A stretch of 56,532 nucleotides of DNA from the NCBI GenBank assembly GCA_945898515.1, contig CAMDIH010000004.1:1-56532 (forward strand), written 5' to 3'. Below, in pieces: positions 37,788-47,489 of the stretch. The translations under genes and the position numbers were made by a program. The notes beneath the pieces were generated by a model. It did not search any database, was not told where the DNA came from, and saw only the letters and a list, made by a program, of their open reading frames with translations. This DNA comes from Candidatus Neomicrothrix parvicella RN1 (GTDB taxonomy: Bacteria > Actinomycetota > Acidimicrobiia > Acidimicrobiales > VFJN01). Positions within the stretch are counted from its first letter, which is position 1. Each line of letters begins with the position of its first letter.

Positions 37788-38525
37788 ATGGAGGGCGGCC
37801 CGAGGGTAGCGATCATTACCGGGGGTAGCCGCGGCATTGGCCTGGCCTGTGGGCGACGGCTCGTAGACCAGGGCTACGACGTAATGCTCACCGCCCGCCA
37901 CCCCGCCCGCTTGCAGGCCGCCGCCGAGACCCTCGGGGCTCGCTACCTGGCGAGCGACAGTACCGACCCCGATGCCTTCGCCGCCGTGGTGAGCGCCGCC
38001 GGTCGGGTAGACCTGCTGGTGCACGCCGCCGGGGTGCTCGATGGCACCTTCGTCCGCAAAGAATCGCTGGCCACTTTCGAAGCGGTCCTGCGCACCAACC
38101 TCACCTCGGCCTTGGTGGTAACCCAAGCAGTGTTGCCAGCGATGCCGGCCGGCGGCCGCATCGTGTTCTTGTCGTCGTCGTCCGCTCATGCCCCCCAGTC
38201 GGGGAAGTCGGCCTATTCGGCTTCCAAAGCGGGCCTCGGGGCCTTCGCCGGTGCCCTGGCCCAAGAAGTGGAACGCGACGGCATCAGCGTGCACCTGGTC
38301 ACCACCGGCCCGGTGGCCACTCCGATGCTCGACGACGTGCACTTCCCCATGCATGCCCTCGCCGCCGACGACGTGGCCCGCACCGTGCAATGGCTCGATT
38401 CGTTGCCGGGCAACATGGTGCTGCGCGAAATCGAGATCTCGTCGGTGGCCACCGGCCCCTTCACCCCCGAGCCGTTCATCCCCACCGCCGCCCGGAACCT
38501 CGGCCGCCACGACATTCCCCACTAA
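37788..38525 (+). CDS. Short-chain dehydrogenase/reductase
   Basis: TGGSRGIG, HAAG, YSASK. Start ATG 37788 preferred over TTG 37782. Confidence 0.88.
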   Translation: MEGGPRVAIITGGSRGIGLACGRRLVDQGYDVMLTARHPARLQAAAETLGARYLASDSTDPDAFAAVVSAAGRVDLLVHAAGVLDGTFVRKESLATFEAVLRTNLTSALVVTQAVLPAMPAGGRIVFLSSSSAHAPQSGKSAYSASKAGLGAFAGALAQEVERDGISVHLVTTGPVATPMLDDVHFPMHALAADDVARTVQWLDSLPGNMVLREIEISSVATGPFTPEPFIPTAARNLGRHDIPH

Positions 38526-38532
38526 CCGCCCG

Positions 38533-40803
38533 TCACTGGGTCGCCAAAAAATGCTGGGCCTCCTGCTCCGGGTCCACCAGGGGGAGACCATCCACCTCGA
38601 TCACCACCCGATCCAGGGTGGCGGTGCACTCGAAGCGGCCCCGGTAATCGCCGTCGGCCGGTGAGAAGTCGGGGGACCATCCCGCCGAAAGACCCGCCCC
38701 GGTGAGGGAAAAACGGCTCCACACCGAGCGGCGAATCTCGCCGCTGGCCACCACCACACCGTCGACGAGCAGTTCGGCCTGCGGTGGCGTGAAGCGGAAG
38801 GTCAGCACATGATCGCCCGGCGCCAGAGACACCAGTGGAGCCTCAATGCGGTAGAGCCGCCAGCTGAGCAGATTGTGCACGTAGCAGAGCCGCCCATCGG
38901 CCAGCAGATGAAACGACCAGCCGCCCAGCACCGAACCCTGCACCGCCAATACGCCTTCGAGCACGTCGGTCTCCGGTTCCACCGTGAGGTAGGCGTTGAT
39001 CGTGTGCGCTCGCGCCCGAACGTTGACCGCCACGTTCTCCGGTACCGGGGACCGCCCCGGCCAATAGGTGTACTGCGAACGCGACGGGATCGAACTCGTG
39101 CGCCCGAAGACCAGTTCGGAGAAGGGACGGTTGTCTAGCGGCAGCACCCCGTTGCGCTCCGCTTCCTCCCACCAGCGGTCGATCATGGTGGCGAGTCGTT
39201 CGGGGTGGGCGGCGGCGAGGTCGTGACATTCCGACGGATCGGCCCGCAGGTCGTAGAGCTCCCACACCACCTCCTCGAGCCCCGGTGCCTCTACCTGGAT
39301 CTCCTGGTAGGTCACCGCCTTCCAGCCCGCGTCGTACAACGCCCGGCAGCCGAACATCTCGTAGTACTGCGTCGTGTGGCACTCGGGGGCATCGGCGCTG
39401 GCGAAGGTGGAGGCGATACTCACGCCATCGAGCGGTCGTTGCGCTACCCCGGCCACCACGGCAGGCGCCTCGATGCCAATGAGATCGAGCAACGTGGGGG
39501 CCAGATCGATGGCATGCACGTACTGCGAACGCACCTCGCCACGCGCCGGCAGGCCGGCGGGCCAATGCACAATGAGCGGATCGGCCACTCCCCCCTCGTG
39601 GGTCTCGCGCTTCCAGCGCCGGAAGGGTGTGTTACCCGCCACCGTCCACCCCCACGGGTAGTTGTTGTGCAGCCGCGGCCCTCCGATCTCGTCGATTCGT
39701 GCGTCGGCCTCCTCCACCGTGGAAGGCAGCGCGTTCCACACCCGGGCGTCGTTGAGGGAACCGGTGGGGCCACCCTCGGAGGAGGCACCGTTGTCTGAGA
39801 GCAGCACGATCACGGTGTTGTCCAACTCGCCGAGGGTGTCGAGACGGTCGACCAGCCGACCGAGTTCGTGGTCGGTGTGCGAGAGATACGCCGCGAAGGC
39901 CTCCATGTAACGCGCGTAGACGCGCCGCTCCACCGGCGACAGATCGGCCCAGGCCGGCACCCAGTCGGGACGGGGCGACAACTCGGTGTGATCCGGCAGC
40001 AGGCCCTCGGCCTTCTGCCGGGCCAGCGCCACCTCGCGGGCGTGGTCCCACCCCTGCTCGAAGTGACCGCGGTAGCGATCCAGCCAGGCGGCGGGGGCTT
40101 GATGCGGCGAATGGCAGGCCCCGGTGGCCAGGTAGAGAAGCCAGGGCTTCTCCACATCCACGTTGCGGAGATCCTCGAGGTACTCAATGGCATGGTCTAC
40201 GAGATCTTCGGTGAGGTGGTAGCCGTCGTCGTAGGAGCGGGGCGGTTCCACATAATGACTGTCGTGCACCAGGGCCGGCACAAACTGATGCGTTTCACCG
40301 GGGAAGAACCCGTAGAAGCGCTCGAAGCCGCGCCCTAAGGGCCAGCGGTCGCGACGGGCACCGAGGTGCTCTTCGTCCTCCGGGGTGAGGTGCCACTTGC
40401 CCACCGCCCACGCCGCGTAGCCCTGCGGCACCAACATGGCCGGGAGCATCGAACACGACCGGGGGATACGAGCGTCGTAGCCGGGAAAACCGGTAGCCAG
40501 ATCCACGATACGACCCATCCCCACGGCGTGGTGGTTGCGGCCGGTGAGCACGCAGGCCCGGGTGGGCGAACACAGCGCGGTCGTGTGGAAACTCGAATAA
40601 CGCAGCCCCCCCGCCGCCAGCCGATCAATGGTGGGAGTGGCGATGGCGGATCCGTAGCACCCGAGTTGGGCGAACCCAACGTCGTCGAGGATGACCAACA
40701 GCACATTCGGCGCACCAGCGGGGGGTCGCGGTTCGGGGGGCCAATGGGCCTCTGAGTCCCAGTGATAGCGCCCGATCCGACCCTTAAACTCCTCTGGTTC
40801 CAC
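38533..40803 (-). CDS. Arylsulfatase (formylglycine-dependent, type I, Cys-type)
   Basis: PNVLLVILDDVG, ALCSPTRACVLTGR (CxPxR), VGKWH, HSPH, SDNG; AGGAG upstream; no signal peptide apparent. Confidence 0.93.
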   Translation of the reverse strand: MEPEEFKGRIGRYHWDSEAHWPPEPRPPAGAPNVLLVILDDVGFAQLGCYGSAIATPTIDRLAAGGLRYSSFHTTALCSPTRACVLTGRNHHAVGMGRIVDLATGFPGYDARIPRSCSMLPAMLVPQGYAAWAVGKWHLTPEDEEHLGARRDRWPLGRGFERFYGFFPGETHQFVPALVHDSHYVEPPRSYDDGYHLTEDLVDHAIEYLEDLRNVDVEKPWLLYLATGACHSPHQAPAAWLDRYRGHFEQGWDHAREVALARQKAEGLLPDHTELSPRPDWVPAWADLSPVERRVYARYMEAFAAYLSHTDHELGRLVDRLDTLGELDNTVIVLLSDNGASSEGGPTGSLNDARVWNALPSTVEEADARIDEIGGPRLHNNYPWGWTVAGNTPFRRWKRETHEGGVADPLIVHWPAGLPARGEVRSQYVHAIDLAPTLLDLIGIEAPAVVAGVAQRPLDGVSIASTFASADAPECHTTQYYEMFGCRALYDAGWKAVTYQEIQVEAPGLEEVVWELYDLRADPSECHDLAAAHPERLATMIDRWWEEAERNGVLPLDNRPFSELVFGRTSSIPSRSQYTYWPGRSPVPENVAVNVRARAHTINAYLTVEPETDVLEGVLAVQGSVLGGWSFHLLADGRLCYVHNLLSWRLYRIEAPLVSLAPGDHVLTFRFTPPQAELLVDGVVVASGEIRRSVWSRFSLTGAGLSAGWSPDFSPADGDYRGRFECTATLDRVVIEVDGLPLVDPEQEAQHFLATQ

Positions 40804-40818
40804 GCGGGGGTCCTCTCC

Positions 40819-41685
40819 TTAGCAGTGGTACACACGCTCGGCATTGGTGGCGAACAACTGGGCACGGTCGTGGTCGTTCAGCCCGGCGGTCACCGTGGCA
40901 AAGGTGGTGTAGAGCTCGTCGAAACTGCCGTGTATCCCATCCACCGGGAAATTACTGGCGAACATGCACCGGTGAACCCCGAAGGCTTCGATGGCGTACT
41001 CGAGCCAGGGGGCCAAGGCCGCCACCTGCATCGACCCCAGCGGCATCGCCAACCCCGACAGTTTGCACACCACCTGCTCACCGGCCCCGGCCAGCGCGGT
41101 GATACCGGCCTTCCACAGCGCGAACTCCTCGGGGGTGTTGGCCCGGGGCCAGCCGGTGTGTTCCACCACCACGACGAGACTCGGAAAGTTCTCCAGGCCA
41201 GCCGCCGCGGCGAGAAGTTGATCGGGCCGCGCCATCAACTCGAACACCAGACCCCGCTCTTGCAGACCCCGCAGCACCTCGGCGGCGGGAAGGGGACCAC
41301 CACTCATCCCCATGGGACGGACGCCCCGAAAGCGTGACGCAGCCATCTGTTCGTCGATCAGGGCCAGGGCCTGCGCAACGGTGTCGGTAGGGGGAAGGCC
41401 GCCGATGATGGCCGCCAGGACGCCATCGGCCTCCGCTCGCTCGTCGAGTTCGAGCGTCTCGGCGATCGAGTGGCCGCCCGTGGCGGCGGCCACGTTCACC
41501 AGTTTTTCCACGTTCCACCCCGCCGACTCGGCCCGGTAGATGGGCACGTCGAACCGGCGCGACATCCCCGACACGTCGCCCATGTTCAGGGCCTGACGAC
41601 CCGAGAGATACGGGTACCAGTCGGTGCGGGCCGGATCCCACAGATGCACATGCGCATCCACCACCCGGGTGGGGCGAGCGGTCAT
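40819..41685 (-). CDS. Amidohydrolase-2 protein, sugar-lactonase-like
   Basis: VDAHVHLWD, FRGVR, VEHTGWP, CKLSG, MFASNFPVD, NAERVY. ATG 41685 overlaps the upstream TGA. Confidence 0.85.
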   Translation of the reverse strand: MTARPTRVVDAHVHLWDPARTDWYPYLSGRQALNMGDVSGMSRRFDVPIYRAESAGWNVEKLVNVAAATGGHSIAETLELDERAEADGVLAAIIGGLPPTDTVAQALALIDEQMAASRFRGVRPMGMSGGPLPAAEVLRGLQERGLVFELMARPDQLLAAAAGLENFPSLVVVVEHTGWPRANTPEEFALWKAGITALAGAGEQVVCKLSGLAMPLGSMQVAALAPWLEYAIEAFGVHRCMFASNFPVDGIHGSFDELYTTFATVTAGLNDHDRAQLFATNAERVYHC

Positions 41686-43337
41686 CGACCCACCAGCGCT
41701 CGCAACGTGGCGTCGAACCACTCGGGGAGTTCCGGACCTCCAAAGACGATGCTGCCGCTCGGGTGCGGGTGGCTACGCAAACCACACCAGCCAGCGCCGG
41801 TCACCAACTCCGCCCCCGCAAGGTCGATGCCCGCAGGGCTGCAAAGCAGGTGGGCGGTGAGTTCGCCGATCGGACCGAGGGCATCGTGACCCAGCGCCTC
41901 CATGCTCACCGCGAACGCCGCCACGCGCTCCCCGGTAGCGCGCCGAGAGGCGCGCGCCAACTGCGCCACCGACTGGGCCCGGCTGCGGCCACCGGCGGTG
42001 GTGGCATCGGTGAGGGTCACCAACCGAAGCGGACGGTCCGCCACCGTGGCGTAATCGGCCACGGCGCGCGCCCACCCGGCGTCGCGGTGGATGTGGTCCA
42101 CCACTTCGGCGTGCTCGGCGAGCAACCGCTCCCAACCGCTCACCCCCCCGGGCGCCGCGGGGGTGCCGTGCAGGGCCACCACCACCGCATCAGGGGCGCC
42201 TACCCGATTGACGGCGGCGGCTAACGCCTCGGCCGCCCCCGCGAACCCGCCCGCCGGGGCGGCGGCGACGGCGGTGCAGGTGACGCCCCGGGCCGCCAGG
42301 GCCGCCGTGACCGCCGCCACCACCCCCGGCGGTTCACCCACGATGAAGCACGAACCCACCTTCCCCGCCCGGCCTTCCGCGGTGCCGGGATCGTCGAAGA
42401 TCGTGGCCAGGCGCGGATTGCTCCCACCGTTGGTCGCCTGCGTTGCCTCGGCCGGGGCCAGGACCGCCGCCGCGGCCGCCTCGAAGAGATGCGGCAACGA
42501 CCTCACGTCGTCGCTGCGAATGACCTCCAACAGTCGGGGTGCATCGATCAACGCCACCTCGGACCCGCCCGCAAAGAGCACGCGGCCGTTGCACCACCCC
42601 ACGTCCTCCCCCACCAGGTATGCCCCCAACGGTCCCAAATCCTCCGGCGCCGGCATCGACCCGAGCGACAGCCCGCCCGTCGCCGATGCGCCTCCACCAC
42701 CTCCGCCAGCGCTCCGGGCCCGGCCGAGCGCGGCGGTGACCATGCGGGTCAGAGCGATCGGTGACACGGCGTTGACCGTGACGCCGGGAGGCGCCTCGTT
42801 GCCCATCTGCCAGGTAAGGGAGGCGACGGCCCGCTTGGCACAGCCGTAGGCCCCGGTGTCCGCTGGTCGCCAGCCCGAGCCCGAGGTGACCCCGAGGACG
42901 CGGCCGTAGCGGGCCTCCGCCATGATTGGTAGCGCGGCGGCGAGGATGTTGAGGTACCCCTTGAGGTGCACCTCGAGCACCCCCCGCCAGTCCTGCTCCG
43001 TGCCCTTGGCGAAGCTCGTCGGCCGGGTGATACCCGCTACGTTCACCACCGCATCAAGCCGGTCCAGGTTCTCGAACAGATCGCGCACGGCCGCACCATC
43101 GGTCACCGACACGCCCGAGGCTCGGGCCGCGCCGCCGGCCGCGATGATGCGGCCCGCAGTGGTTTCGGCGGGGGCCGGGAGTTGCTCGGTGCCATCGAGG
43201 GACACCAGCGGGTCCATGGTGACCACGAAGGCGCCCTTCCGACCCACTTCGGTGGCGATGGCCGCGCCGATGCCACCACCCCCGCCGGTTACCACCACCA
43301 CCGGCTGCCCGGCGGCGGGTGCATCCGATCCGGTCAT
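41682..43337 (-). CDS. Extended SDR: N-terminal classical SDR plus a long C-terminal domain
   Basis: TGGGGGIG, NVAGI, AYGCAK, VNAVSP in the first half; 551 aa total. Confidence 0.85.
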   Translation of the reverse strand: MTGSDAPAAGQPVVVVTGGGGGIGAAIATEVGRKGAFVVTMDPLVSLDGTEQLPAPAETTAGRIIAAGGAARASGVSVTDGAAVRDLFENLDRLDAVVNVAGITRPTSFAKGTEQDWRGVLEVHLKGYLNILAAALPIMAEARYGRVLGVTSGSGWRPADTGAYGCAKRAVASLTWQMGNEAPPGVTVNAVSPIALTRMVTAALGRARSAGGGGGGASATGGLSLGSMPAPEDLGPLGAYLVGEDVGWCNGRVLFAGGSEVALIDAPRLLEVIRSDDVRSLPHLFEAAAAAVLAPAEATQATNGGSNPRLATIFDDPGTAEGRAGKVGSCFIVGEPPGVVAAVTAALAARGVTCTAVAAAPAGGFAGAAEALAAAVNRVGAPDAVVVALHGTPAAPGGVSGWERLLAEHAEVVDHIHRDAGWARAVADYATVADRPLRLVTLTDATTAGGRSRAQSVAQLARASRRATGERVAAFAVSMEALGHDALGPIGELTAHLLCSPAGIDLAGAELVTGAGWCGLRSHPHPSGSIVFGGPELPEWFDATLRALVGR

Positions 43338-45157
43338 CGTGCCACCGGCCCAACCTCAAGCTCTAGGCCTTCACAGTCGCCCCGTTGGAGCCACTGCTCC
43401 AACAACTCGCGATACCCGAAATAGTCGCCGTAGCCGCGGCCGTAGTTGCCGTTGCGCGGGTTCAGCGACTGGGGATTGCCTTCCTGATTGATGCGCGACG
43501 GCGTGCAGGCCGACATCACCGCGCTCCCATCCACGAAGGAATCCACGATCTTCTGACTCCACGCCTCCTCGGCCTCGGCGCGCACATCGAAGACCCTGAC
43601 GCCGGATTGTTCGAGGATGCCCACCGCTCCGCCGATGAACTGCGCCCCCAACACCGCGAGTTGGGTGTAACTCACCGTCACCACCGCCTGCTGTCCGGGC
43701 GCGGGCATCATGAACAAGTTGGGGAATCCACGGCTCATCATCCCAAAGAGGCTGGTAGCACCGGGGGCCCACTTTTCGGCCAGGCTCACGCCCCCCCGAC
43801 CAATGATGTCGTGGCCGGCCCGCCGAAACAGCGGGGTGAGTTCGGCTTCGAAGCCCGTGCCGTAGATGAGCAAGTCGACGTCGTAGGTCTCGCCGTTCAC
43901 CACCGGGCCTCCTTCGCTGATCCGGTCAATACCGGCCGGACAGTCCACCAGGGTCACATTGGCCCGGTTGAACGCCTCCAGGTACTCGTCGTGAAAACAC
44001 GGACGCTTGCACAGGTAGCGGTAGTACGGCTTGAGCGTCTCGGCGGTCACGGGATCGGTGACCACCTCGGCCACGCGCCGCCGGTGTTCTTCCATGATCC
44101 CGTAGTCCACTTCCTCGCCGTTGCGGAGGTACTCCTCGAGGGTCATGCCCTTCCAACGGGGCGGGTGATGCACGGCGGCGTAGTGGCGTGTCCATCCGTC
44201 ATCGGTGAGGTCAGCCTCCACGGGCTGACCCAGCATCACGGCCTGGAAGTTATCCATCCGGGCCTGCTGCCAGCCCGGCCACCGCGCCTCCGCAAACTCC
44301 GTCGCCGTAGGTCTATTGCCGCGTACCCCCACGGCGGAGGGCGTGCGCTGAAACACGTAGACCGCTTGGGCGGCTTCGGCGAGGGGCGCTAAGCACTGGA
44401 TCCCGCTGGCCCCGGTGCCGATGAGCCCCACGACCTTGTCGCCGAGATCATCCAGCGGCTCCCCCGGGCCACCTCCGGTGCGGGCGTAATCCCAGCGCGC
44501 CGTATGAAACGACTGTCCCTGGAACTGCTCCATGCCGGCAATGGCGGGCAACTTCATGAGGTTGAGAATCCCCACCGCCAGCACGTAGTAGCGGGTGGTG
44601 AAGGCGTCGCCGCGATCGGTAGTGATACGCCACCGGGCGGCGCGGTCGTCCCACGCCGCACGGGTTACCCCGGTGTGAAAGAGCGCGTTCGCCTCGAGGT
44701 CGAAACGGTCGCCGATGGCCTGCAGGTGGAGCCGAATCTCCTCCCCCGACGCGTACCGACTCGTCGGGACGTACCCCAACTCTTCGAGCATGGGCAGGTA
44801 GATGTACGACTCGACGTCGCACATCACGCCCGGGTAACGATTCCAGTACCAGGTGCCGCCGAGGCCACCGGCCTGATCCACGATGCGGATCTGCTCGATA
44901 CCGGCCTGGCGGAGTTGGACGCCGGCGAGGATCCCGGCCATCCCGCCGCCCACGATCACTACCTCAACGTCGTCGCGCTGCGGGTCTCGTGCGGCAACGG
45001 GGGTGAAGGGATCTAGCCGGAACGCTCCGAAATGGGCATCCTCGGCGAGGTCCCGGATGTCGGCCCTTCCCGCGACGAGGCGCTTGTCTCGCTCGGCCCG
45101 ATAGCGGGCCCGCACCACCTCCGGGTCGTAGCCCTCGGCTTCCCCCCTACCTGACAT
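43334..45157 (-). CDS. Baeyer-Villiger monooxygenase (type I)
   Basis: GGGMAG, GGTWYWNRYPG..CD, FQGQSFHTARWD fingerprint, IGTGASG, FQRTP, KRPC. Likely start ATG 45157. Confidence 0.93.
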   Translation of the reverse strand: MSGRGEAEGYDPEVVRARYRAERDKRLVAGRADIRDLAEDAHFGAFRLDPFTPVAARDPQRDDVEVVIVGGGMAGILAGVQLRQAGIEQIRIVDQAGGLGGTWYWNRYPGVMCDVESYIYLPMLEELGYVPTSRYASGEEIRLHLQAIGDRFDLEANALFHTGVTRAAWDDRAARWRITTDRGDAFTTRYYVLAVGILNLMKLPAIAGMEQFQGQSFHTARWDYARTGGGPGEPLDDLGDKVVGLIGTGASGIQCLAPLAEAAQAVYVFQRTPSAVGVRGNRPTATEFAEARWPGWQQARMDNFQAVMLGQPVEADLTDDGWTRHYAAVHHPPRWKGMTLEEYLRNGEEVDYGIMEEHRRRVAEVVTDPVTAETLKPYYRYLCKRPCFHDEYLEAFNRANVTLVDCPAGIDRISEGGPVVNGETYDVDLLIYGTGFEAELTPLFRRAGHDIIGRGGVSLAEKWAPGATSLFGMMSRGFPNLFMMPAPGQQAVVTVSYTQLAVLGAQFIGGAVGILEQSGVRVFDVRAEAEEAWSQKIVDSFVDGSAVMSACTPSRINQEGNPQSLNPRNGNYGRGYGDYFGYRELLEQWLQRGDCEGLELEVGPVAR

Positions 45158-45166
45158 GAGTGTCAG
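45151..45166. promoter_or_regulatory. Candidate operator site 6 (CTGACA-TGAG-TGTCAG, perfect 6-bp arms)
   Basis: Overlaps the BVMO start codon and abuts a minus-strand -10 TAATCT (45165-45170). Confidence 0.72.
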
Positions 45167-45194
45167 ATTAGCCATCCTCCACTACCGTGCGGTC

Positions 45195-45977
45195 GTGGAC
45201 CTGGGCCTGCGTGACCGCGCCGCGATCGTGACCGGCGCCAGCCGAGGCATCGGCCGGCAGGTGGCGCGGGCCCTGGCGGCGGAGGGCGCTCGGGTCCTGA
45301 TGTGCGCCCGAGATGCCGACGCGCTCGCCGCGGTGGTGGCGGAGCTCGACGGCGCCGGGGCCGCCTGGCCCGTCGATGTGACCAGCCCCCACGCCGCCGA
45401 GGAGATCGTGGCGGAATGTCAACGCCGCTTCGGCCGAGTGGACATCGTGGTGAACAACGCCGGAGGCGCCACCGCCAAGCCGCTCGCCAACCTCACTGCG
45501 CAGGACTGGCAGGAGGGCCTGGAGTTGAACTTCCTCGCCGCCGCCCGGCTGTCGGTGGCGGCGGTGCCGGTGATGCAGGCCGCCGGCTGGGGCCGACTCG
45601 TCCACGTGGCCTCCATCAGCGGCCGCGAACCCGACCCGCTGTTTGCGCCCTACGCCGCCGCCAAAGCCGCTTTGTTGAACCTGTCCACCTCTCTCTCCCG
45701 CGCCTTCGCCGCCGAGGGGGTGCTGAGCAGTTGTGTCATCCCTGGGGTGACCATCACCGAATTGGTGGAAGCCAACGCCGCCGCCACCGCCGCCCGCACC
45801 AACCGATCCGCCACCGAGATCATGGAACGCATGCTGGCCAAGCACGACGTCGCCACGGGTCGCTTCGGCACACCCGAGGAGATCGCGAGCGCCGTCGTGT
45901 TCTTGGCCTCGGACCAGGCCCGCTGGATCAGCGGTGCCACTCTCGAAGTGGACGGCGGCACCCTCCGCTCGATCTAG
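45195..45977 (+). CDS. Short-chain dehydrogenase/reductase
   Basis: TGASRGIG, NNAGG, YAAAK, GRFGTPEE, VDGG. GTG 45195 (VDLGL) lies 6 nt after TACCGT. Confidence 0.9.
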   Translation: MDLGLRDRAAIVTGASRGIGRQVARALAAEGARVLMCARDADALAAVVAELDGAGAAWPVDVTSPHAAEEIVAECQRRFGRVDIVVNNAGGATAKPLANLTAQDWQEGLELNFLAAARLSVAAVPVMQAAGWGRLVHVASISGREPDPLFAPYAAAKAALLNLSTSLSRAFAAEGVLSSCVIPGVTITELVEANAAATAARTNRSATEIMERMLAKHDVATGRFGTPEEIASAVVFLASDQARWISGATLEVDGGTLRSI

Positions 45978-46007
45978 CCCAGTGAGGGTTGCCGCACCCG
46001 CAGCGAT

Positions 46008-47489
46008 TCAGACCAAACCCGCGAGGTCGGCCCGGATGATCTTTCCCATGGCGTTGCGCGGGAGGGCCTCGACCACCACGAAGCGCTCGGGAATCTTGTA
46101 GCGGGCCAGGTTGGCGAGGCAGTGCTGACGGGCGGCGTCTTGGCCGAACACCGCCCCGGCGGCGGTCTCCACGAGGGCCACCACGCGTTCCCCCAATCGC
46201 TCGTCGGGGACGCCGAGGACCGCGCAGGCACCCACCTCGGGGAGTTCGTGCAGCACGCGCTCCACCTCGGCGGGGTACACGTTGGCTCCGCCACGGATAA
46301 TCACCAGGCTCTGGCGGTCGCGAACATGCAGGTAGCCGTGGTGGTCGAGGAACCCGAGGTCGCCGGTGTGCAACTCCCCCCCGGCCAGCGCGGCGGCGGT
46401 GGCCTCGGGGTGCTCCCAGTAGCCCAGCATGAGGCGATACCGGTCATCCGCAGGGGCCACACAGATCTCGCCGGTCTCCCCGGGGGGCACCGTGGCCCCG
46501 TCGGGGGCTGCGATACGCACGCGCACATGCGGCAGCGGGCGGCCCGATGCGCCCGACCGGTGCGGCCCGTCGGGTGCGTCGATGCTCACCACGGTGGGGG
46601 CCTCCGTGAGGCCGTAGGTGGCCAGCACCGGCCGGGAAAACTTCGCCTCGAACGCCTGCCGGATGGCTTCGGGGCAGTCGGCCCCGCCCGTCCACACCTC
46701 GCGCAACGTTGCGAGGTCGCCGGGGGCCACCGAGGGTTCGGTGGCCAGGCTGTGCAGTAGCGCGGGCGGCCCGTTCCAGGTGGTGACCCGCTCGGTGCGG
46801 ATCCATTCGGCCACGCCCTCGGCATCGATGCGGTCCATCACGATGGAACAGCCACCGGCCTGCGAGACGAGCAAGGTGGTGAGCACGGCCATATTGAGGA
46901 CGGTGAAGGGGAAGCAGTCGCCCTTGCGCAGTTCGGGGCCGTACCCCCGGGTTTCCACCAGCACCGCGCCCGGCACCAGCAGGTTGTGCTGGCTGTGCAC
47001 CGCTCCTTTGGGATGACCGGTGGTACCGCTGGTGTAGGCGATGCCGGCGGGGGCAAACGGATCCGGCGACCGCTCCAACGGCCCCGGATCGCCCGCCGCG
47101 CAGGCCTCTCGCCACCCCGACAGGGCCAGTACCGGCACCCCCATCGCCGGGAGTTCGTCGTCGCACAGGAGCCACGATGCCCCCGAGTCGGTGAGGAGAA
47201 ACCGCTTCTCGGGCGGGGCCAGGGCCCGGTTCACCCCCACCCACACCGCCCCGAGGCGCATGGCACCGTGGAACGCGATCACCACATCGGCCTCGTTGGG
47301 CAGCGAGGCCGCCACGCGGTCACCCGGGCCGATGCCCAGACCGGCCAGCGCGCGCGCCGCCTGGTTGGCCGCCCGGTCCAACCCGGCGTAGGACAGGCGT
47401 TGCGTGCGGGTGACGAGCGCCTCACGATCCGGATCGGTGGCCAGTGCTGCGTCGAGAACACGGGCCACCGAAGCCGGAACGGACCTCAT
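46008..47489 (-). CDS. Acyl-CoA synthetase (AMP-forming)
   Basis: YTSGTTGHPKG, YGLTE, LHTGD, IRGGANVYP, LPRNAMGK. Confidence 0.92.
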   Translation of the reverse strand: MRSVPASVARVLDAALATDPDREALVTRTQRLSYAGLDRAANQAARALAGLGIGPGDRVAASLPNEADVVIAFHGAMRLGAVWVGVNRALAPPEKRFLLTDSGASWLLCDDELPAMGVPVLALSGWREACAAGDPGPLERSPDPFAPAGIAYTSGTTGHPKGAVHSQHNLLVPGAVLVETRGYGPELRKGDCFPFTVLNMAVLTTLLVSQAGGCSIVMDRIDAEGVAEWIRTERVTTWNGPPALLHSLATEPSVAPGDLATLREVWTGGADCPEAIRQAFEAKFSRPVLATYGLTEAPTVVSIDAPDGPHRSGASGRPLPHVRVRIAAPDGATVPPGETGEICVAPADDRYRLMLGYWEHPEATAAALAGGELHTGDLGFLDHHGYLHVRDRQSLVIIRGGANVYPAEVERVLHELPEVGACAVLGVPDERLGERVVALVETAAGAVFGQDAARQHCLANLARYKIPERFVVVEALPRNAMGKIIRADLAGLV

